Shown piece after piece: positions 56,891 to 64,000 of a stretch of DNA of 64,000 nucleotides. The translations under genes were made by a program, and so were the position numbers. Position 1 is the first letter of the stretch. Every line of letters starts with the position of its first letter. The DNA comes from a virus, in the IMG/VR virus record IMGVR_UViG_3300025536_000011; one strand, given 5' to 3'. A model generated the notes under the pieces. That model had not been told where the DNA came from and did no database searches. It saw nothing but the letters and a program-made list of their open reading frames with translations.

Positions 56891-58402
56891 TTAAATTGTC
56901 ACAAGTACAATGTCTGAGTTATTACTAAGTGTGCTTGCAATATCCGTTGTGAAGATATAGGTTACATTAGCATTACAAGTTAAATCAATATCACTAAATG
57001 TTTGATTCTGACTACCAACCCGTAACGTCTGAAAATTAGCTACGTTAGCATGTATTCTACGAAGCCTATTTAACTCGTCTTGTACAAATTGTATAGCTCG
57101 ATTAGTATCAGCAATATTATCGCTAGTGTTCTTTGCCTGAGCATTACAAGTGATGGATATTGAACCTTCTGTTGTTGTCTGTATAGACTGTAAAAGTGGG
57201 CCGATCCTCCTAAAGGGGATAGGATGTGAAGCTATGACTCTAATACCATCGTTGATCGTTACGGAACATTCTCTACTAGCAATCCCGCTAGGTAAGAAGA
57301 CGGCTGGATCATCCGTATAAGTATAGGCAAATTGAACAGTACCGCGACACTTATTTTCTGTAATACTAATAGACTGAGGATTGTTTACTGCCAGTCCGCT
57401 TCCAAATATATTAATCTTGTATCTTTGATAGATACCAGATGCTTCATATGGTAATTGTGGTTTTACTTGATTTAAGAAGCCAGAGGCCGCTCTTTGGAAT
57501 CCTACACCCCCTTCTAGTCCTAACCCTGGCGTATTGGTTCTTCCTAGCCCTTGGACCGTTCCTTGTACTGTTACGGTAGCGATACCATTTTGATCTTCTG
57601 TATAAGATGCTGTTTTTTGATTATAGAAGAATGGCACGCCAGAGACAATAGTAAATACTTCTGTAACAGAGTAGCTGCCGTTTGCAACGTCAGCCACCTC
57701 TTCACGTTGAGTAGAGACTTCGAAAATAGGACCACCGGCAGGATTAGACGGATGGATAAAACTAAAACTACCAGAAGCATTAGGTTCTGTGAAACATGGC
57801 AAATCTATTGGTAATTGGTTAATACCTAATGCAGCTTTAACCCTACGAACAGCCTGTTGGAACGCATCTGGCTGTCCCGTAATACCTTGAGCACTAACAT
57901 TATGAGTTACTTGTAATACGCAGGCATCCGGGTCTTCTCTAAATGACCATTGATTACTAAAAGAATCTGTAACTCCCGAGACTCCAGAAGCACCAGTATT
58001 ATCTTCTAATTCTACACTGTAATCAAACCTTGTTACGTGAACGTCTGGCGTGATGTTAACAGAATTCACTCGTGGTCGAAGACCAGAGGCAATAATAGTG
58101 CCTTCGGCCAAGGTTTTGTTGCCTGGACCGGCCAATATAACAAAGTCGCCAAAATCTACAGAAAAAATACTGCGTAGCTGTTCCTGCTTTACATACATTT
58201 GTTCGTAACTGCCAGATGGGAATATTAAAATAGAGCTTGTGAGAGTGAGCCTGGTTCTATTAGCAGTTCGAGTACCAGAGTCATCTAGTACTGGCTCTAC
58301 TGTGAAATCAATAAGAGGAGCTGGTTCTATGCCATTGCCGTTATATTTTACTACAACTGGAGCCGGTTGAACTCTAGTTACTACTGAAATTAGATCTGCC
58401 AT
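56891..58402 (-). CDS. Putative distal tail/tail-tip protein
   Basis: Immediately follows the tape measure (TAATG coupling) and is beta-rich. Confidence 0.55.
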   Translation of the reverse strand: MADLISVVTRVQPAPVVVKYNGNGIEPAPLIDFTVEPVLDDSGTRTANRTRLTLTSSILIFPSGSYEQMYVKQEQLRSIFSVDFGDFVILAGPGNKTLAEGTIIASGLRPRVNSVNITPDVHVTRFDYSVELEDNTGASGVSGVTDSFSNQWSFREDPDACVLQVTHNVSAQGITGQPDAFQQAVRRVKAALGINQLPIDLPCFTEPNASGSFSFIHPSNPAGGPIFEVSTQREEVADVANGSYSVTEVFTIVSGVPFFYNQKTASYTEDQNGIATVTVQGTVQGLGRTNTPGLGLEGGVGFQRAASGFLNQVKPQLPYEASGIYQRYKINIFGSGLAVNNPQSISITENKCRGTVQFAYTYTDDPAVFLPSGIASRECSVTINDGIRVIASHPIPFRRIGPLLQSIQTTTEGSISITCNAQAKNTSDNIADTNRAIQFVQDELNRLRRIHANVANFQTLRVGSQNQTFSDIDLTCNANVTYIFTTDIASTLSNNSDIVLVTI

Positions 58403-61400
58403 TATAATGCTCCGCCGTTAGACGACATAATTCCCCGCTCTCTTAAAACTTGGAAGATACTTCTTATTGCTTCTTGTACCGGCACGGTTAATGAATCAAA
58501 TTGTTGTTCGAATTGTCCTTTAATGGCGTCTCTAAGTGCATCTTCTAGATCATCAAGGCCGGTAACTCTTACGCTAGCGTTTTGTTGTGTTACTACATTA
58601 ATATTAATGTCACTAATAGGAGAAGCCGCCGATACAACGGCTGGTGTTGCGGCTGTAGCTGCGTCAGTATTACTTGCAATATTATTGTTAGCAACCAGTA
58701 TTTGTTCTAAAGTATCAACGACCCTATCGAGTCTTTCCGTTAATTGTTGTGTGGTTTGTTCGTCATTGCCGCGTACAGAAGGGATAGATTGTAGCGTCGA
58801 GGTTACTGATCTAGCAATAGCAGCGGCCATGGTTGGATTTAGAGATCTTATATCGTTGATAGCAGATGCTATGGTTCCCATGTTGCCATTAGCATAATTC
58901 GGTACTATAGTCTCTTTAGTGTTAGCTATGGCTAAATCGGCTCCAGCAGGCATCATACGTTTTTCGCGTTTAGCGGCATCTAATACGGCAGCAGCTTCTT
59001 GTGGATTTAAGTTACCACCACCGTAGTTAGGGACATAGCCAGCATATCTAGACGATAGTTCGCCAGCAGAAGTGCCTGCTTGAAAAATTGATAATTTAGC
59101 AGAGGCAAGTCTATCAATAGCTTGCACGATTTGTCCACCAATATCATGTTGTGTACCGATCTGTCTTTCAAATTGATGAGCTTCGGCCTCTATTTGTTTA
59201 AGTTCAGATTCTTTAGTTGCCGCAAGTAATCGCTCGATCAGTGCTTGTCTTTGTTCGTTAGCAAATTGCAATACGCCAACTTCGCGGGCTATTTCGTCTC
59301 TGATAATAATCGCATTTTCTCGGGCTCTTTCTTCTTGGATCTTTGCCATTTCAAGCTGTATTTCGGCAGCCTCTAATGCTCGTTGAGCTTCCATTACTTG
59401 CGTGATCTGTAGCTGAGCGTCCCTAATAGCTAAATCTTGTAACTTTACAAGCTGGTCTTTTTGTTGGCTTAAAAGGTCTTCGACGGCAGGCAAGCCTTCG
59501 TCTGGAGCGATACCAGCACCAACCTGCCCTAATGCGGTTCTTAATTCTTCTGGACTGAACCCACCGATTTCAGTTGTGCTTGGGAGAGTGCCTAGAGCAT
59601 CTAATATTTTCTGTCTTAACTCTAGTGGCATGGATAATAATTCAGCACTAATTGCATTAAATTGCGTATCTCCAATCTTAAGAAAATTTTCAAAGGAGCC
59701 GCCAAGTTTATCTGCTACAAGTGCAAGTCCGGCAATTCCTTCGCTTAAGGCTCGATTTTCTTGAAAAGACTGCCCGAACACCCCAAGGCCAGCACTTGTT
59801 ATTTGAGATTGAGCATCTCTTAAGAATGATAGCGTCTCTTGAGCCAACTGTCTTTCAAGCTCAATACGTGTTTGAAGATTAATATTCGCGTCTAATAGCA
59901 CAGATGTAAATGCGTTATTAATTGCAAACAATCTATCTTCCAACGTATTAAGGCCGCCACCCAATTCTCCAATTTGTAAGCCTAATAAATTAGATTCTAC
60001 AGTAGCTTGAGCGAGCGTGCTGTTGTAGTCAAGAATTGATTTTATAAGGTCTTTGTAAACGTCTGATAAAGATGAGGATGCTTCTATAACCTCTCCGTGA
60101 GAAGTAGCCAATTCTGACTGAGCGTTGGCCTCTTGGTCTGCTAAATCAGCAAATTTCTCATTTAAGAAGTCCTTATACGCCTGTTCAGTATCAAGTAATT
60201 CTTCTTTAAATTCTCTTTGTGCGTCTCTAACTTTTCGAATAGCTTCGTCGAGTTCTTTAACTTTTTGAGCGTTGGATTTTAGTGAGTCTCTAAGATTAAA
60301 GTTTGCCTTTGTTAAATCTACCTTCCCTTGCACCTCACTTTTATCAAGTTCGGCCTGAAGATCGGCACGCTCTTTGATTAACTGAGCCATGCCTTTGCCG
60401 GTCTTTTGACTTACTGTCCCGGCTGGCGTCGATTTAATTTCTTGATCTAATTCAGATAGCTTCTCAGTTAAAAGACTAATTTGTAATGCTGTACGTTCAG
60501 TTGTAGCGTTGAGAGAAGCCTGTGCTTTTTCGACATCGTTGCCAAAGGCCATTTTAACAGCATTTCTCACCCCGTTACTAAAGTCTCCGGCGTCTCTAAG
60601 GATTTCTGCAAAATCTTGACTAGTAAGTGAGGCCAATGTATCCAGGTCTGCTGTAGTAGCACTAGCACCAAGACCGAGATCAATAAGAGTTAACTTAGTA
60701 TCATTTAAAGCACTGTTTAATAACTTAGTTGCCTCTACGTTCGCCTGTGAGATTTCGAAACTCTCAGTTTTTATTGCTTTATCAAGATCTGCTGCCTTTT
60801 GAGCAAGCGTGACTTGACGTTGCAACACTTCTTCTGTTAGACTAAACAAATCATTAACTAATTGACGCTGTTTATCACTTAGGTCTTTGCCTTCAAAAAA
60901 CTTAGTGAGGAATCCCTGTGCGGCAGGACCAGATTCGGCCATCGCTTTAGCAAATGAGGATAAAAATTCATCAGCAGCCTCTTCTGCGGTCTGTTCTGGA
61001 TTACCAGTAATGCCGAATCCTTCTGGTCTCTGTCTAGCTAAATCAGTTAACCTATCGAGGCTGATCTTTGTAAAGTCTAGTACATTTTCAGTAGCCTCAA
61101 GTTCTCGCTTTCGGACTTCAATTTCAGACTCAAATAATTTAATATTAGCCTGCTGAATAGACTGTAGTTCCATACGAGCTTCTACTAATTTCTTTTCTGA
61201 TTCGGCAGCTTTATCGAACAAAGAGGCTCCAGCTAATACATCTTCGATCTCACGAGTCTTAGCTTTAAATTCTTTAGTAAACTCTGAGAAATCTCCCCCC
61301 AAATCTTCAAAGAATTGGCGACGAATCTTCTCTGGTGGTGCTCCTTCTTCTGCGAGTTTTCGTGTTTCTATAAGGCGTTCAGCAGTTTTAGATAGTGCTG

Positions 61401-63576
61401 CAATTAGCTTAGGATCAAAAACATCTTGCGGATCAAATCCTAAAAAGTCACTACTACCACCGCTTAATTTCCCAATTTTGCCTACTTCTTCAGCTATTTT
61501 AGTTGTGTCAATACGACCCTTATTAGCCTCAATAGCATTTTCAATAGCAACTACTATATCATGACCAACGCCGGCTGCATTTTTATTAACGTCAGCTAGG
61601 ACATTATCGAACGCCTTAAAGCGTTGCTCGTTGTCTTTAATTTCTTTCTTGAGTTTATTAAATTCAAAGAATGCCTGTACGGCAGTATTGACGCCTTGCG
61701 TGAGTAAGCTGATTCCAGCAGCCAATAATGATACTTTGCCACCGAGCGGCAAAAATGCCAGACTAGTTTGAGCTGCATCGAATCCAAGATTAAGTAAGTT
61801 TTTAGAGGTTGTTTGTAAGGCTGTTAATTGCCCTTTTTGGGCGTCTGCTAATTGTTCAAAGCCAATTTCTACAGTTTTTTGTGTCTGTGATAATACTAAA
61901 TAACCAGCAACGCTTGCTGCCAACACTGCTGTTTGTCTCTTATTGGCAGATGCTTGAGCCTGATTAGCTTGAGCTTGAGCGGCAATATGTGCCGCACTAG
62001 ATTGTAGCCCTTTTTGGAAATGATTGATTGTGCTAACAAATTGTGCATTTGCACCCACTTGAATCTTCTGAGCACTATTTAATGCCGTTGTAAACGTTGT
62101 AACTGCCTGTGCGGCTTTCTGAACAGTATTCGTAAATGCCGCTATAGGACCAGTCTGTGCTGCTGTTGCTGCACCGCCACCGCCTTGTAATGATACTGGG
62201 CCACCCGGGCCTTTACCAGGACCACTTAAAGGGCCACCTAACGGTCCTTGTACACCGAATATCTTAGCTCCAATCTTAAGACCAGCTAAAGCCAATAACG
62301 GTGCAATAGATACGCCAAGCGTATCTGCAATCTTTACTATCTCTGTAAGGCCGGACGCAAAGTTGCCGCCGAATTTCACAAGCTCTTTAAAGATATCAAG
62401 TAATCCTGCCTGTCCAACCGAACCTGCTAATTCTTGGAATTTAGCAATAGTAATATCAACTTGTGATGTGAGCGTCGAAAGAATAATCTCTAATCTTCTC
62501 TGGGACGCTCCTTCGGAATTAGTAGCAATGGTGCTAAGTTCTTGGGCTCTCTCAAGAGAATTAAGAGTCGCAATAAAAGACTCAACTTGACGAACACCAC
62601 CAATCGCTTTTGCCGCATTAGCCTGCTGAGCCTCTGTTAAACCATCAAACTTAACCTTTATATCCTTCAAAACAGGAAGTAATGGCCTAAGAGATCCATC
62701 GAAATTCTCAATTGAGATACCGAGTGCTTCGATAGCAGTTCTAGATTCACCGGCCGCTAAAATTCTTGTGGAAATAGTTTTGAAGAATGTGCCGATTTCT
62801 CGACCAGACTTACGAGTTTGCTCTCGTAGAGCACCAATAAGACCGAACGTATCTTCAATATTTTTAGCAGCGAATGCAAGCGAGTTACCACCTGTCCTAA
62901 GTGCCTCTGCAAGGTCAATCGCGTCAACAGCGGCAGCGTCTTCAACTGTAGCTAACTTATCAACAATAGATGTTGCTTTTCCGGCCTGGCCAGCGAATTG
63001 TTTACTAATAGCAAGTAAAACTTCTTGAGCGTCAGCTAATTCAAGAGTAGTTGTCTTTTCTGCAAGCGTAGCTGCTCTTGCGAGTTCGAGAGAGCGTTCG
63101 ATTGTTTCACCAGCCTGCTTGAAAACTTTGACTGTTTTAAGCACTTCTGAGCCAGTAGAACCAAGAGCAACTGACATTTCGAATACTGAGTCGGTAATAA
63201 GATCCATTTTGCCAGCAAGTTCCGTGGGGTCGGTTCTAACGATCTTTGCAAGTTCATGTTCAAAGTCTGCAATAAATGCAACGCCACCCTGGATAGCCCT
63301 ATTAAGGGTAACGAATGTTGGCAGTAAGATAGCGAATTGAGCCATGCGTTGCACGAAACTTCGTGCAATATTACTAGCTCCTACCATATTTTGTTGTACT
63401 TTTTGTGTGCTTTTGGCAACATTGGTCATTTGCTGATTAAGTGCCTGGGCCGACTTAACAGTTACATTTATGTCCTGTGGCAATCCAGCAGTCATCCTAC
63501 TAACCTTTTTAAAGATTGCGGGATTAATTTGTATCTGATTAAGTTTTAGAATGCCCTCTAACTGAATCTTGCCCAT
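58402..63576 (-). CDS. Tail tape measure protein (TP901-type core)
   Basis: 1724 aa, Ala/Leu/Glu-rich and helical. Core motifs VDKLATVED, LAEAL, TRKSGREIGTFFKTISTR, ALGISI..DGSLR and IGGVRQV. Confidence 0.9.
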   Translation of the reverse strand: MGKIQLEGILKLNQIQINPAIFKKVSRMTAGLPQDINVTVKSAQALNQQMTNVAKSTQKVQQNMVGASNIARSFVQRMAQFAILLPTFVTLNRAIQGGVAFIADFEHELAKIVRTDPTELAGKMDLITDSVFEMSVALGSTGSEVLKTVKVFKQAGETIERSLELARAATLAEKTTTLELADAQEVLLAISKQFAGQAGKATSIVDKLATVEDAAAVDAIDLAEALRTGGNSLAFAAKNIEDTFGLIGALREQTRKSGREIGTFFKTISTRILAAGESRTAIEALGISIENFDGSLRPLLPVLKDIKVKFDGLTEAQQANAAKAIGGVRQVESFIATLNSLERAQELSTIATNSEGASQRRLEIILSTLTSQVDITIAKFQELAGSVGQAGLLDIFKELVKFGGNFASGLTEIVKIADTLGVSIAPLLALAGLKIGAKIFGVQGPLGGPLSGPGKGPGGPVSLQGGGGAATAAQTGPIAAFTNTVQKAAQAVTTFTTALNSAQKIQVGANAQFVSTINHFQKGLQSSAAHIAAQAQANQAQASANKRQTAVLAASVAGYLVLSQTQKTVEIGFEQLADAQKGQLTALQTTSKNLLNLGFDAAQTSLAFLPLGGKVSLLAAGISLLTQGVNTAVQAFFEFNKLKKEIKDNEQRFKAFDNVLADVNKNAAGVGHDIVVAIENAIEANKGRIDTTKIAEEVGKIGKLSGGSSDFLGFDPQDVFDPKLIAALSKTAERLIETRKLAEEGAPPEKIRRQFFEDLGGDFSEFTKEFKAKTREIEDVLAGASLFDKAAESEKKLVEARMELQSIQQANIKLFESEIEVRKRELEATENVLDFTKISLDRLTDLARQRPEGFGITGNPEQTAEEAADEFLSSFAKAMAESGPAAQGFLTKFFEGKDLSDKQRQLVNDLFSLTEEVLQRQVTLAQKAADLDKAIKTESFEISQANVEATKLLNSALNDTKLTLIDLGLGASATTADLDTLASLTSQDFAEILRDAGDFSNGVRNAVKMAFGNDVEKAQASLNATTERTALQISLLTEKLSELDQEIKSTPAGTVSQKTGKGMAQLIKERADLQAELDKSEVQGKVDLTKANFNLRDSLKSNAQKVKELDEAIRKVRDAQREFKEELLDTEQAYKDFLNEKFADLADQEANAQSELATSHGEVIEASSSLSDVYKDLIKSILDYNSTLAQATVESNLLGLQIGELGGGLNTLEDRLFAINNAFTSVLLDANINLQTRIELERQLAQETLSFLRDAQSQITSAGLGVFGQSFQENRALSEGIAGLALVADKLGGSFENFLKIGDTQFNAISAELLSMPLELRQKILDALGTLPSTTEIGGFSPEELRTALGQVGAGIAPDEGLPAVEDLLSQQKDQLVKLQDLAIRDAQLQITQVMEAQRALEAAEIQLEMAKIQEERARENAIIIRDEIAREVGVLQFANEQRQALIERLLAATKESELKQIEAEAHQFERQIGTQHDIGGQIVQAIDRLASAKLSIFQAGTSAGELSSRYAGYVPNYGGGNLNPQEAAAVLDAAKREKRMMPAGADLAIANTKETIVPNYANGNMGTIASAINDIRSLNPTMAAAIARSVTSTLQSIPSVRGNDEQTTQQLTERLDRVVDTLEQILVANNNIASNTDAATAATPAVVSAASPISDININVVTQQNASVRVTGLDDLEDALRDAIKGQFEQQFDSLTVPVQEAIRSIFQVLRERGIMSSNGGAL

Positions 63577-63998
63577 TAACTTACCTCATGTTGCATGAGT
63601 TTTTCAAACTCGTTACCAATCGCTGCTTCTATTGCCTGCATATTGCTTTGCAGCCAATCTACATGATATTGTCTAAGTTTAGGATCGAATCTCCAATAAC
63701 CCCTACTACCAAAACGTCCTCTAGGAAGCATTAAACCGCCCAATGGAGCGTCAAGTCTTGGCCTATCCTGTAATTCTGGCGGTAGGTTATTTCTATCCAC
63801 ATAACCACCATCACCAACAGATTCTTCATCTACGATCCATTGCAGCCACGATTTAACTTTTAATTTACCAGTACCAGACGCCCAATGTGGAGTCCCATAT
63901 TTTAGCTCTGCCTCATCACCAAATCTGAAAATTAAAGACCGGCCTTGTGTTCTTACAGTAAATGAATCTATATATGCTTTTAAGAGAGAATCAGTATC
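63576..63998 (-). CDS. Hypothetical protein upstream of the tape measure, 5' end truncated by window edge
   Basis: The reading frame stays open from the window end (DTDSLLKAYIDSF...KSWLQWIV...) through the ORF-track start at 63800. Confidence 0.7.
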   Translation of the reverse strand, partial: DTDSLLKAYIDSFTVRTQGRSLIFRFGDEAELKYGTPHWASGTGKLKVKSWLQWIVDEESVGDGGYVDRNNLPPELQDRPRLDAPLGGLMLPRGRFGSRGYWRFDPKLRQYHVDWLQSNMQAIEAAIGNEFEKLMQHEVS

Positions 63999-64000
63999 TC

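Noticed and set aside
1847-63549. Many short ORF-track entries antisense to, or nested within, long genes (for example 6928..7281, 25001..25405, 46201..46671, 49306..49887, 58523..58897)
   Set aside because: They lie largely or entirely within well-supported genes, have no recognisable motifs, and are typical antisense shadows.
1-64000. Stop-codon reassignment as seen in some large phages
   Set aside because: Genes are full-length in code 11, and TAA, TAG and TGA all end genes at coupled junctions.
1-64000. Host assignment
   Set aside because: The sigma70 promoters and SD sequences show a bacterial host but do not identify a phylum without database comparison.

Overview
This window is a segment of a large tailed dsDNA bacteriophage genome in the standard genetic code. 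No tRNA, rRNA or CRISPR array was seen. (1) Bases 34.8 kb to 1 (minus strand) form a nearly gap-free, translationally coupled unit starting at a sigma70-type promoter. It first encodes a replication and recombination set (RecA, DnaB helicase, primase, PD-(D/E)XK nuclease, ClpP, DnaE, SSB, a sigma factor). It then runs into a ~23 kb glycan-biosynthesis cluster of about 13 glycosyltransferases, 3 SAM methyltransferases, a HAD phosphatase and nucleotidyltransferases. That cluster also holds an ABC-ATPase/GNAT fusion, two free-standing LAGLIDADG endonucleases and an intein inside a GT4 enzyme. (2) Bases 35.7-38.5 kb (plus strand) are an NAD+ salvage island (HicB-like gene, NadM-Nudix, NAMPT). (3) Bases 64-38.5 kb (minus strand) are a tail module: tape measure, several tail proteins and a 2772-aa protein with about 8 LamG domains and PKD domains, with a further glycosyltransferase and a methyltransferase embedded. 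It also contains a ~470-bp highly structured non-coding region. The strongest unexplained signal is a marked Ser-Gly enrichment confined to the putative outer virion proteins. Together with the glycosyltransferases, this suggests a phage-encoded, sequon-directed virion O-glycosylation system (inference). All family calls come from motif recognition by eye and all counts are hand counts; no database searches were run.
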